The position numbers were made by a program, and so were the translations under genes. Below are positions 17,690-26,980 of a DNA stretch of 35,232 bases, piece after piece. Source of the stretch: a virus (Duplodnaviria > Heunggongvirae > Uroviricota > Caudoviricetes); the IMG/VR virus record IMGVR_UViG_2541047821_000009; one strand, written 5' to 3'. Below the pieces are notes generated by a model that had not been told where the DNA came from, did no database searches, and saw only the letters and a program-made list of their open reading frames with translations. Within the stretch, counting starts at the first letter, position 1; every line of letters begins with the position of its first letter.

Positions 17690-18186
17690 TGCCGGTAATT
17701 AACACGCATCAGAATATCGCCGCCTTTCTCGACATGCTGGCCGTGTCCGAAGGGACGGCGAACCATCCGCTGACGAAAAACCGGGGCTATGACGTGATAG
17801 TCACCGGACTGGACGGGAAGCCGGAAATTTTCACCGACTACAGTGACCACCCGTTCGCACATGGCCGACCGGCGAAGGTGTTTAACCGTCGCGGTGAAAA
17901 ATCCACGGCCTCCGGTCGCTATCAGCAGCTTTACCTGTTCTGGCCGCATTACCGCAAACAGCTTGCCCTGCCGGATTTCAGTCCGTTGTCACAGGACAGG
18001 CTCGCCATTCAGTTGATCCGCGAACGCGGTGCACTGGATGACATCCGGGCGGGACGCATTGAGCGCGCCATTTCACGCTGTCGCAATATCTGGGCATCCC
18101 TGCCGGGTGCCGGTTACGGTCAGCGTGAGCATTCACTGGAAAAACTGGTCACCGTCTGGCGTACCGCTGGCGGCGTACAGGCTTAA
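17689..18186 (+). CDS. K: Endolysin (gpK)
   Basis: 165 aa as in P2 K; coupled to the holin. Confidence 0.85.
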   Translation: MPVINTHQNIAAFLDMLAVSEGTANHPLTKNRGYDVIVTGLDGKPEIFTDYSDHPFAHGRPAKVFNRRGEKSTASGRYQQLYLFWPHYRKQLALPDFSPLSQDRLAIQLIRERGALDDIRAGRIERAISRCRNIWASLPGAGYGQREHSLEKLVTVWRTAGGVQA

Positions 18187-18200
18187 ACGGAGTAAACACC

Positions 18201-18626
18201 ATGAAGAAATTATCCCTTTCACTGATGCTGAACGTGTCGCTGGCGCTGATGCTGGCACTGTCCCTGATTTACCCGCAGAGCGTGGCCGTCAGTTTTGTCG
18301 CTGCCTGGGCGATTCCGGCGACGGTTATCTGTGTGGTTGCCGGTGGTGTCGGCGTGTATGCCACTGAGTATGTGCTGGAACGCTACGGGCGGGAGCTGCC
18401 GCCGGAATCGCTGGCCGTGAAGATTGTCACGTCGCTGTTTTTGCAGCCGGTGCCGTGGCGCAGACGGGCGGCGGCTCTGGTGGTGATGGTGACGACGTTT
18501 ATCTCGCTGGTCGCTGCCGGGTGGATTTTTACCGCGCTGATTTATCTCGTGGCGTCGCTGTTCTTCCGGCTGATACGTACGGCCTGCCGTCAGCGTTTTG
18601 AGGGGCGGGAACCATGTCAAAGCTGA
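18201..18626 (+). CDS. lysA: Lysis accessory protein LysA (membrane)
   Basis: 141 aa, multiple transmembrane segments; P2 LysA position. Confidence 0.65.
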   Translation: MKKLSLSLMLNVSLALMLALSLIYPQSVAVSFVAAWAIPATVICVVAGGVGVYATEYVLERYGRELPPESLAVKIVTSLFLQPVPWRRRAAALVVMVTTFISLVAAGWIFTALIYLVASLFFRLIRTACRQRFEGREPCQS

Positions 18627-19039
18627 TGACTGTGCTGGTCGTGTTGTTATCGCTGGCGGTGGCCGGTCTGTTTCTGGTGAAACATAAAAATGCCAGCCTG
18701 CGCGCCTCGCTGGACAGGGCGAACAATGTCGCCAGCGGGCAGCAGACGACCATCACCATGCTGAAAAACCAGCTTCATGTTGCCCTTACCAGGGCAGACA
18801 AAAACGAGCTGGCGCAGGTGGCACTGCGTCAGGAACTGGAGAACGCCGCGAAACGTGAAGCACAGCGCGAGAAAACCATCACGAGGTTACTCAATGAAAA
18901 CGAAGATTTTCGCCGCTGGTACGGCGCTGACCTGCCTGATGCTGTGCGCCGGTTGCACCAGCGTCCGGCCTGCACCGACGCCAGTGATTGTCCACAACGC
19001 CTGCCCGAAAGTGAGCCTTTGCCCGATGCCGGGCAGTGA
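18614..19039 (+). CDS. lysB: LysB (Rz-like inner-membrane spanin)
   Basis: 141 aa; N-terminal transmembrane helix then coiled-coil-like region. Confidence 0.65.
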   Translation: MSKLMTVLVVLLSLAVAGLFLVKHKNASLRASLDRANNVASGQQTTITMLKNQLHVALTRADKNELAQVALRQELENAAKREAQREKTITRLLNENEDFRRWYGADLPDAVRRLHQRPACTDASDCPQRLPESEPLPDAGQ

Positions 19040-19184
19040 CCCGGAGACGAACGGCGATTTAAGTGCCGATATCCGGCAGCTTGAGAACGCGCTGGCACGC
19101 TGTGCCAGCCAGGTAAAAATGATTAAACACTGTCAGGACGAAAACGATGCTCAAACCCGACAGCCTGCGCAGGGCGCTGACTGA
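18894..19184 (+). CDS. lysC: LysC (Rz1-like outer-membrane lipoprotein spanin), largely embedded in lysB in another frame
   Basis: Internal Met 'MKTKIFAAGTALTCLMLCAGCTS' with a lipobox-like LCAGC; 96 aa as in P2 LysC; overlaps the lysB 3' end and the R 5' end. Confidence 0.55.
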   Translation: MKTKIFAAGTALTCLMLCAGCTSVRPAPTPVIVHNACPKVSLCPMPGSDPETNGDLSADIRQLENALARCASQVKMIKHCQDENDAQTRQPAQGAD

Positions 19185-19614
19185 TGCCGTCACGGTGCTG
19201 AAAACAAGCCCCGAGATGCTGCGGATATTCGTGGATAACGGGAGTATTGCCTCCACACTGGCGACGTCGCTGTCATTCGAAAAGCGTTACACGCTCAATG
19301 TCATTGTGACCGACTTTACCGGTGATTTTGACCTGCTCATCGTGCCGGTGCTGGCGTGGCTGCGGGAAAATCAGCCCGACATCATGACCACCGACGAAGG
19401 CCAGAAAAAGGGCTTCACGTTTTATGCAGACATCAACAATGACAGCAGCTTTGATATCAGCATCAGCCTGATGCTGACCGAGCGCACGCTGGTCAGTGAG
19501 GTGGACGGCGCGCTGCATGTGAAGAATATCCCGGAACCCACGCCGCCGGAGCCGGTCACCCGCCCGATGGAGCTTTATATCAATGGCGAACTGGTGAGCA
19601 AGTGGGATGAATGA
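19147..19614 (+). CDS. R: Tail completion protein (gpR)
   Basis: 155 aa as in P2 R. Confidence 0.8.
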   Translation: MLKPDSLRRALTDAVTVLKTSPEMLRIFVDNGSIASTLATSLSFEKRYTLNVIVTDFTGDFDLLIVPVLAWLRENQPDIMTTDEGQKKGFTFYADINNDSSFDISISLMLTERTLVSEVDGALHVKNIPEPTPPEPVTRPMELYINGELVSKWDE

Positions 19615-20059
19615 GTTTAAGCGTTTTGAAGACCGGCTGACCGGACTGACTGAATCGCTGTCACCGTCTGGGCGTCGGCGACTGAGTGCAGAACTGGCGA
19701 AGCGCCTGCGGCAGAGTCAGCAGCGCCGGGTGATGGCACAGAAAGCCCCGGACGGCACACCCTACGCGCCACGCCAGCAGCAGAGCGCCAGAAAAAAGAC
19801 TGGTCGTGTTAAGCGAAAAATGTTTGCGAAACTTATCACCAGTCGTTTTTTGCATATCCGCGCCAGCCCGGAACAGGCATCAATGGAGTTTTACGGCGGG
19901 AAGTCGCCGAAAATTGCCAGTGTGCATCAGTTCGGTCTGTCGGAAGAAAACCGGAAAGACGGTAAGAAAATTGATTATCCGGCGCGTCCTCTGCTCGGCT
20001 TTACCGGTGAGGATGTGCAGATGATTGAAGAGATTATCCTGGCTCACCTCGACCGTTAG
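19607..20059 (+). CDS. S: Tail completion protein (gpS)
   Basis: 150 aa as in P2 S. Confidence 0.8.
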   Translation: MNEFKRFEDRLTGLTESLSPSGRRRLSAELAKRLRQSQQRRVMAQKAPDGTPYAPRQQQSARKKTGRVKRKMFAKLITSRFLHIRASPEQASMEFYGGKSPKIASVHQFGLSEENRKDGKKIDYPARPLLGFTGEDVQMIEEIILAHLDR

Positions 20060-20125
20060 TTGTGCCATTCCCGACACCTCATCGTCACATTGCCGCCGGT
20101 ATGACCCGGCGGCATCCTTCCCGTT

Positions 20126-20761
20126 ATGAACACTCTCGCAAATATTCAGGAACTCGCGCGCGCACTGCGCAACATGATACGCCCTGGCATTATCGTCGAA
20201 ACCGACCTTAACGCCGGTCGCTGCCGTGTGCAGACCGGCGGCATGTGCACTGACTGGCTGCAGTGGCTGACCCATCGCGCCGGGCGTTCGCGCACATGGT
20301 GGGCACCTTCCGTGGGGGAGCAGGTGCTGATTCTGGCCGTGGGTGGTGAACTCGACACGGCGTTCGTTCTGCCGGGGATTTATTCCGGCGATAACCCTGC
20401 GCCGTCTGCGTCGGCGGATGCCCTGCATATCCGTTTCCCTGACGGGGCGGTGATTGAGTATGAACCTGAAACCAGTGCACTCACGGTAAGCGGAATTAAA
20501 ACGGCCAGCGTGACGGCTTCTGATTCTGTTACTGCCACGGTGCCGGTGGTCATGGTGAAAGCGTCAACCCGCATCACCCTGGACACACCGGAGGTGGTCT
20601 GCACCAACAGGCTGATTACCGGCACGCTGGAAGTGCAGAAGGGCGGGACGATGCGCGGCAACATTGAACACACCGGCGGTGAACTCTCATCAAACGGTAA
20701 GGTACTGCATACCCATAAACACCCCGGCGACAGCGGCGGCACAACCGGGGGACCTCTATGA
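20126..20761 (+). CDS. V: Baseplate spike / central fibre (gpV)
   Basis: 211 aa as in P2 V. Confidence 0.85.
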   Translation: MNTLANIQELARALRNMIRPGIIVETDLNAGRCRVQTGGMCTDWLQWLTHRAGRSRTWWAPSVGEQVLILAVGGELDTAFVLPGIYSGDNPAPSASADALHIRFPDGAVIEYEPETSALTVSGIKTASVTASDSVTATVPVVMVKASTRITLDTPEVVCTNRLITGTLEVQKGGTMRGNIEHTGGELSSNGKVLHTHKHPGDSGGTTGGPL

Positions 20762-21105
20762 CTGCGCGTTATCTCGGAATGAATCGCAGTGATGGCCTGA
20801 CTGTCACTGACCTTGAGCATATCAGCCAGAGTATCGGCGATATCCTGCGCACACCGGTCGGCTCGCGGGTGATGCGTCGTGATTACGGCTCGTTGCTGGC
20901 GTCAATGATTGACCAGCCGCAGACTCCGGCGCTTGAGTTGCAGATTAAGGTCGCCTGTTACATGGCGGTGCTGAAATGGGAACCTCGCGTCACCCTGTCA
21001 TCCGTCATCACTGAGCGCAGTTTTGACGGGCGAATGACGGTCACGTTAACCGGCCAGCACAACGACACCGGCCAGCCACTTTCGTTAACCATCCCTGTGA
21101 GTTGA
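20758..21105 (+). CDS. W: Baseplate wedge protein (gpW, gp25-like)
   Basis: 115 aa as in P2 W. Confidence 0.85.
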   Translation: MTARYLGMNRSDGLTVTDLEHISQSIGDILRTPVGSRVMRRDYGSLLASMIDQPQTPALELQIKVACYMAVLKWEPRVTLSSVITERSFDGRMTVTLTGQHNDTGQPLSLTIPVS

Positions 21106-21109
21106 AACC

Positions 21110-22018
21110 ATGCCGATTATCGACCTGAACCAGCTACCCGCACCGGATGTGGTCGAGGAGCTGGACTTTGAAACCATTCTTGCTGAACGCAAGGCGACAC
21201 TGATTTCCCTTTACCCGGAGGACCAGCAGGAGGCGGTCGCCCGTACCCTGACGCTGGAATCTGAGCCTCTCGTTAAACTGCTGGAGGAAAATGCTTATCG
21301 TGAGCTTATCTGGCGTCAGCGTGTGAATGAGGCCGCACGGGCGGTGATGCTGGCCTGTGCAGCCGGTAATGACCTTGATGTGATTGGTGCCAATTACAAC
21401 ACCACGCGCCTGACTATCACCCCGGCAGATGATTCGACCATTCCGCCGACACCGGCAGTGATGGAGTCTGACACCGATTATCGTCTGCGTATTCAGCAGG
21501 CGTTTGAGGGCTTAAGCGTCGCCGGGTCGGTGGGTGCCTATCAGTATCATGGTCGCAGTGCCGACGGGCGCGTCGCGGATATCTCTGTCACCAGTCCGTC
21601 TCCGGCCTGCGTCACCATCTCTGTGCTGTCACGTGAAAATAACGGTGTCGCATCCGAAGACCTGCTGGCCGTGGTGCGTAACGCCCTTAATGGTGAGGAC
21701 GTCAGGCCGGTGGCCGACCGCGTGACCGTGCAGTCTGCCGCCATCGTTGAATACCAGATAAACGCCACGCTTTACCTTTACCCTGGTCCCGAAAGCGAAC
21801 CCATCCGCGCTGCTGCCGTGAAAAAACTGGAAGCGTACATCACGGCACAGCACCGGCTGGGGCGTGACATCCGTCTGTCTGCCATTTATGCCGCTTTGCA
21901 TGTGGAAGGCGTGCAGCGTGTCGAACTGGCTGCACCACTGGCCGACATCGTGCTCAACAGTACGCAGGCGTCTTTCTGTACCGAATACCGCGTCGTGACC
22001 GGAGGCTCGGATGAGTGA
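21110..22018 (+). CDS. J: Baseplate protein (gpJ)
   Basis: 302 aa as in P2 J. Confidence 0.85.
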   Translation: MPIIDLNQLPAPDVVEELDFETILAERKATLISLYPEDQQEAVARTLTLESEPLVKLLEENAYRELIWRQRVNEAARAVMLACAAGNDLDVIGANYNTTRLTITPADDSTIPPTPAVMESDTDYRLRIQQAFEGLSVAGSVGAYQYHGRSADGRVADISVTSPSPACVTISVLSRENNGVASEDLLAVVRNALNGEDVRPVADRVTVQSAAIVEYQINATLYLYPGPESEPIRAAAVKKLEAYITAQHRLGRDIRLSAIYAALHVEGVQRVELAAPLADIVLNSTQASFCTEYRVVTGGSDE

Positions 22019-22541
22019 TTCGCGACTGCTGCCGACCGGCTCATCACCGCTTGAAGTTGCTGCCGCAAAAGCCTGTGCGGAAATTGAAAAAACGCCGGTC
22101 AGGATTCGTGAGCTGTGGAACCCGGACACCTGCCCGGCAAATTTGCTGCCGTGGCTGGCGTGGGCGTTTTCGGTCGACAGGTGGGATGAAAAGTGGCCGG
22201 AAGCGACAAAACGCGCCGTTATTCGTGATGCCTATTTCATCCACTGTCATAAAGGCACTATAGGCGCAATCCGGCGTGTGGTGGAGCCGCTCGGCTATCT
22301 CATTAACGTAAAGGAATGGTGGGAGACAAACGACCCGCCCGGAACCTTCCGCCTTGATATCGGCGTACTGGAAAGCGGCATCACGGAGGAGATGTATCTG
22401 GAAATGGAACGGCTTATTGCCGATGCCAAACCCGCAAGTCGCCACCTTATCGGTCTGAACATTATCCAGGACATTCCCGGCTGTCTGTATACAGGCGGTG
22501 TGGTCTGTGATGGTGATGTTATTACTGTTTATCCCGGATAA
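22011..22541 (+). CDS. I: Baseplate / tail-fibre attachment protein (gpI)
   Basis: 176 aa as in P2 I. Confidence 0.85.
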   Translation: MSDSRLLPTGSSPLEVAAAKACAEIEKTPVRIRELWNPDTCPANLLPWLAWAFSVDRWDEKWPEATKRAVIRDAYFIHCHKGTIGAIRRVVEPLGYLINVKEWWETNDPPGTFRLDIGVLESGITEEMYLEMERLIADAKPASRHLIGLNIIQDIPGCLYTGGVVCDGDVITVYPG

Positions 22542-22551
22542 GTGAGAAACA

Positions 22552-25305
22552 ATGAGCACGAAATTTAAAACCGTTATCACTACTGCCGGAGCCGCGAAGC
22601 TGGCAGCCGCCACTGTTCCCGGCGGGAAAAAAGTAAACCTGTCTGCAATGGCCGTGGGTGACGGTAATGGCAAATTGCCGGTGCCGGATGCCGGTCAGAC
22701 GAAACTGGTGCATGAGGTCTGGCGTCATGCCCTGAATAAAGTCAGCGTGGATAACAAGAATAAAAACTATATCGTGGCTGAACTGGTTGTACCGCCCGAA
22801 GTGGGCGGCTTCTGGATGCGTGAGCTTGGTCTGTATGACGATGCCGGAACACTGATTGCGGTATCCAACATGGCAGAAAGCTATAAGCCAGAACTGGCTG
22901 AAGGCTCCGGACGTGCGCAGACCTGCCGCATGGTTATTATTCTCAGCAACGTGGCGTCCGTTGAGCTGAGTATTGATGCCAGCACAGTGATGGCGACGCA
23001 GGATTACGTCGATGACAAAATCGCAGAGCATGAGCAGTCCCGCCGCCATCCTGACGCCACGCTGACAGAAAAAGGTTTTACTCAGTTAAGCAGTGCAACA
23101 AACAGCACCAGTGAAAAGCTGGCGGCAACGCCAAAAGCGGTCAAGGCAGCAAATGACAACGCAAATTCACGTCTGGCGAAAAATCAGAACGGTGCAGATA
23201 TCCAGGATAAATCAGCTTTTCTGGACAATATTGGTGTTACCAGCCTGACGTTTATGAAAAACAACGGCGAAATGCCGGTTGATGCTGATCTGAATACGTT
23301 TGGTCCTGTTAAAGCTTATTCAGGTATCTGGTCTAAAGCAACATCCACCAACGCAACACTGGAGAAAAACTTCCCTGAAGATAATGCTGTCGGTGTGCTT
23401 GAGGTTTTTACTGGCGGCAATTTTGCAGGCACGCAACGCTATACCACACGTGACGGAAATTTGTATATCCGCAAACTCATTGGAACATGGAATGGTAATG
23501 ATGGACCATGGGGAACATGGCGCCATGTTCAGGCTGTAACGCGGGCTCTAAGTAAGACCATTGACCTTAACTCTCTCGGTGGCGCAGAACATTTAGGTCT
23601 ATGGAGAAACAGCAGTTCAGCAATAGCTTCTTTTGAACGACATTACCCCGAGCAGGGAGGAGACGCGCAGGGCATTCTGGAAATTTTCGAAGGTGGGCTA
23701 TATGGACGCACACAGCGTTATACAACCCGTAACGGGACTATGTATATTCGCGGCCTGACAGCCAAATGGGATGCAGAAAATCCACAGTGGGAAGACTGGA
23801 TCCAAATTGGTTATCAGACCAGTAGTACCTTCTATGAGGATGACCTGGATGATTTGATGTCTCCGGGTATTTACAGTGTGACAGGCAAAGCGACCCACGC
23901 CCCAATCCAGGGGCAGTCTGGTTTTCTGGAAGTCATCAGGCGCAAGGATGGTGTCTATGTTTTGCAACGTTACACGACCACAGGAACCAGCGCAGCTACA
24001 AAAGACCGTTTATATGAGCGAGTGTTTCTTGGTGGCTCATTTAACGCGTGGGGGGAGTGGCGACAGATTTATAACTCAAACTCTTTGCCGTTAGAGTTGG
24101 GTATCGGTGGCGCAGTGGCAAAACTCACCAGCCTGGACTGGCAGACATACGATTTTGTGCCGGGCAGTCTGATAACCGTTCGGCTGGATAACATGACCAA
24201 TATTCCCGACGGTATGGACTGGGGCGTCATTGATGGCAACCTGATAAACATCTCAGTCGGTCCGAGTGATGATTCTGGTTCGGGACGCTCAATGCATGTA
24301 TGGCGCAGCACTGTAAGTAAAGCCAACTACCGCTTTTTTATGGTGCGTATTTCAGGAAATCCGGGAAGCCGCACGATTACAGCAAGACGAGTACCAATCA
24401 TTGACGAAGCCCAGACATGGGGCGCGAAACAGACATTCAGTGCTGGCCTTTCTGGTGAACTGTCCGGCAATGCGGCGACAGCAACAAAGCTGAAAACAGC
24501 CCGTAAAATTAATAACGTTTCGTTTGATGGAACATCAGATATTAACCTGACGCCGAAAAATATTGGTGCATTTGCTTCAGGAAAAACAGGAGACACCGTT
24601 GCGAATGATAAAGCCGTTGGGTGGAACTGGAGTAGCGGAGCCTATAACGCAACTACTGGTGGGGCATCAACGTTAATTCTTCATTTTAATATCGGTGAAG
24701 GAAGTTGTCCCGCCGCCCAGTTCCGCGTTAATTATAAGAACGGCGGTATTTTTTATCGTTCTGCTCGTGACGGTTACGGATTCGAGGCTGACTGGTCTGA
24801 GTTTTATACCACAACGCGAAAACCTACAGCGGGAGATGTCGGTGCACTGCCGTTATCTGGTGGTCAATTGAATGGTGCTCTGGGTATAGGAACATCCAGT
24901 GCTCTTGGCGGTAATTCGATTGTTTTGGGTGATAATGACACGGGCTTTAAACAAAATGGTGATGGTAATCTGGATGTTTATGCTAATAGCGTCCATGTTA
25001 TGCGCTTTGTCTCGGGAAGTATTCAAAGTAATAAAACCATAAATATTACGGGGCGTGTTAATCCCTCGGATTACGGTAACTTTGATTCCCGCTATGTCCG
25101 GGATATCCGGCTTGGTGGTGCTGCCACATACAAACCTGCGAACAATGGCATGACATGGACACATCAGGCACCGTCCGGGTGTGTATATTCCGGCATTATT
25201 GTTCAGGATACCGGCTCAAACTCTGCCGATAACATTGGTGGTGTATATTACAGACCGGTTCAGAAATACATTAACGGGACATGGTATAACGTGGCGCAGG
25301 TATAA
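22552..25305 (+). CDS. H: Tail fibre protein (gpH) with expanded variable C-terminal region
   Basis: 917 aa, longer than P2 H (about 669 aa); three tandem ~45-aa repeats of a 'TQRYTTR(D/N)G..YIR...W...W' motif in the middle; Gly-rich distal region. Confidence 0.85.
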   Translation: MSTKFKTVITTAGAAKLAAATVPGGKKVNLSAMAVGDGNGKLPVPDAGQTKLVHEVWRHALNKVSVDNKNKNYIVAELVVPPEVGGFWMRELGLYDDAGTLIAVSNMAESYKPELAEGSGRAQTCRMVIILSNVASVELSIDASTVMATQDYVDDKIAEHEQSRRHPDATLTEKGFTQLSSATNSTSEKLAATPKAVKAANDNANSRLAKNQNGADIQDKSAFLDNIGVTSLTFMKNNGEMPVDADLNTFGPVKAYSGIWSKATSTNATLEKNFPEDNAVGVLEVFTGGNFAGTQRYTTRDGNLYIRKLIGTWNGNDGPWGTWRHVQAVTRALSKTIDLNSLGGAEHLGLWRNSSSAIASFERHYPEQGGDAQGILEIFEGGLYGRTQRYTTRNGTMYIRGLTAKWDAENPQWEDWIQIGYQTSSTFYEDDLDDLMSPGIYSVTGKATHAPIQGQSGFLEVIRRKDGVYVLQRYTTTGTSAATKDRLYERVFLGGSFNAWGEWRQIYNSNSLPLELGIGGAVAKLTSLDWQTYDFVPGSLITVRLDNMTNIPDGMDWGVIDGNLINISVGPSDDSGSGRSMHVWRSTVSKANYRFFMVRISGNPGSRTITARRVPIIDEAQTWGAKQTFSAGLSGELSGNAATATKLKTARKINNVSFDGTSDINLTPKNIGAFASGKTGDTVANDKAVGWNWSSGAYNATTGGASTLILHFNIGEGSCPAAQFRVNYKNGGIFYRSARDGYGFEADWSEFYTTTRKPTAGDVGALPLSGGQLNGALGIGTSSALGGNSIVLGDNDTGFKQNGDGNLDVYANSVHVMRFVSGSIQSNKTINITGRVNPSDYGNFDSRYVRDIRLGGAATYKPANNGMTWTHQAPSGCVYSGIIVQDTGSNSADNIGGVYYRPVQKYINGTWYNVAQV

Positions 25306-25308
25306 TTT

Positions 25309-25836
25309 ATGCAGCATTTAAAAAATATTACGGCGGGTAATCCAAAAACGGTTGAACAATATCAATTGACAAAAGACTTTGATGTTGTCTGGTTTTTTTC
25401 AGAAGATGGTAAGAACTGGTACGAAGAACAAAAGTATTTTGCTGATGACACGCTAAAAATAGCGTACGACAAAGATAATATCATCCGCTATGTGGAAAAG
25501 GATGTGACAGCTATCAGACCGGATGGATTAAGTGTTGTTGAAGTGGCGGATATTACTGCTAACCGACGGGCGGACATTTCAGGGAACTGGATGTTTAAGG
25601 ACGGCAAAGTGATTAAACGCATTTATACGGCAGAGGAATTGCTGCAGCAGGCAGAAAACCGGAAAGCCAGACTTCTTGCAGATGCTGAATCCGTGATTTT
25701 GCCGCTGGAGCGCGCGGTCAGACTGAACATGGCAACAGATGAGGAGCGTAGCCGACTGGATGCATGGGAGCGTTACAGCGTTCTGGTCAGTCGTGTGGAT
25801 CCTGCAAATCCTGAATGGCCGGAAATGCCGCAATAA
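25309..25836 (+). CDS. G: Tail fibre assembly chaperone (gpG)
   Basis: 175 aa as in P2 G; immediately after H. Confidence 0.75.
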   Translation: MQHLKNITAGNPKTVEQYQLTKDFDVVWFFSEDGKNWYEEQKYFADDTLKIAYDKDNIIRYVEKDVTAIRPDGLSVVEVADITANRRADISGNWMFKDGKVIKRIYTAEELLQQAENRKARLLADAESVILPLERAVRLNMATDEERSRLDAWERYSVLVSRVDPANPEWPEMPQ

Positions 25837-26057
25837 GTTGTATGATCTCTGGAGTGAGCAAACATATCTATGGCACAGAGTAAAGCCTAATCTGACAGGC
25901 CGCTCTGTGTCTGGAGTAGATTTTAGTAAAGCATTATTTTATTAGTGCAAATTCTAATCAATACATTTTATGTATATGATATCCTGCAGACTTTAATGAC
26001 TTGGTTTAGGCTAACCAGATAACACTGAAGGAATATTTTTGATAATTAAGGTGCGGT

Positions 26058-26651
26058 ATGTTTACTAAGCGACGATTAAAAAATATTAACTGGGAGGCAA
26101 GTTCAGTGATTCTTGCTATGGTTCTCTTTGTTGGAAATATATTTTATACAAATCATCGTGATGATATAACTATGGAGGCTGAGAGGGACAGTATCAGAAC
26201 AATGTTTGCATATGAAATCGCTAATAACCATCGCGCTCTCACTTTTCTTGATAAAACGAGATATATTGGCTTTGACGAAAATTCGGAGCATTTTGTTGGC
26301 GAGCCTTTTGCCATTAATGTCAAATCATTAGGGGGGCCTCGCTTACAGATTGCATTAAACCAGACTGATAAAGTGTTTAAATCCTACTTCAGCGAATTAA
26401 GTAAGCTTGATAAAGAGGATGTTACTCTTCTTATGGACTATTACCATGAGCAAAGCATCCTGCTGGAGCGTGTAAAATCTACGTTACAGAAGATGAAAAG
26501 TGGTAATGATATTAAAGTTGATATTGATGGTTACTTATTAGAAGAACACTTCATGAATGAGCTTAATCTTTCTAATATTTTGCTTAAACGCTATAGCCAT
26601 TTGTTGTCACAACACGCCAAAGAACATAAAACAAAAGATTTACATAATTGA
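26058..26651 (+). CDS. Membrane-anchored hypothetical protein at the Z/fun-equivalent locus
   Basis: 197 aa; AAGGTG ribosome-binding site; N-terminal transmembrane helix 'SSVILAMVLFVGNIFY'; strongly AT-rich; no recognisable domain. Confidence 0.6.
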   Translation: MFTKRRLKNINWEASSVILAMVLFVGNIFYTNHRDDITMEAERDSIRTMFAYEIANNHRALTFLDKTRYIGFDENSEHFVGEPFAINVKSLGGPRLQIALNQTDKVFKSYFSELSKLDKEDVTLLMDYYHEQSILLERVKSTLQKMKSGNDIKVDIDGYLLEEHFMNELNLSNILLKRYSHLLSQHAKEHKTKDLHN

Positions 26652-26857
26652 TAATCTGCTAATGGTTATTCATGGGGTAACTATGTTTTATATGTAATCC
26701 AACTCAGATGAATTATTGATTCTGGATAATAACCGCAGAGCGGTATATACCATGACAGGCAAATGTCCGCTTCTTGTTCAAAGCAGACCGTCAGATTTGA
26801 TAACTTTTGGGCTATGTAAATTGTCAGTCGGAAAATGAGTGAGTTCAAATCAGGACA

Positions 26858-26884
26858 GGCGGGCGAATTGCCCGCCTTTTCTTT
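26858..26884 (+). terminator. Intrinsic terminator upstream of FI
   Basis: Hairpin GGCGGGC-gaatt-GCCCGCC followed by TTTTCTTTAT. Confidence 0.55.
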
Positions 26885-26980
26885 ATCTGTTGTTTCATCC
26901 ACTGACCAGCCAGGTCAAATAGCGTCTCATGCTCTGCACAACAGAAAATAGTTGCACCCATTAACCACGGAGTTAAACGG

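Noticed and set aside
26681-26902. 73-aa minus-strand ORF downstream of the 197-aa accessory gene
   Set aside because: It spans the predicted plus-strand terminator hairpin and has no ribosome-binding site; a small antisense gene cannot be excluded but is unsupported.
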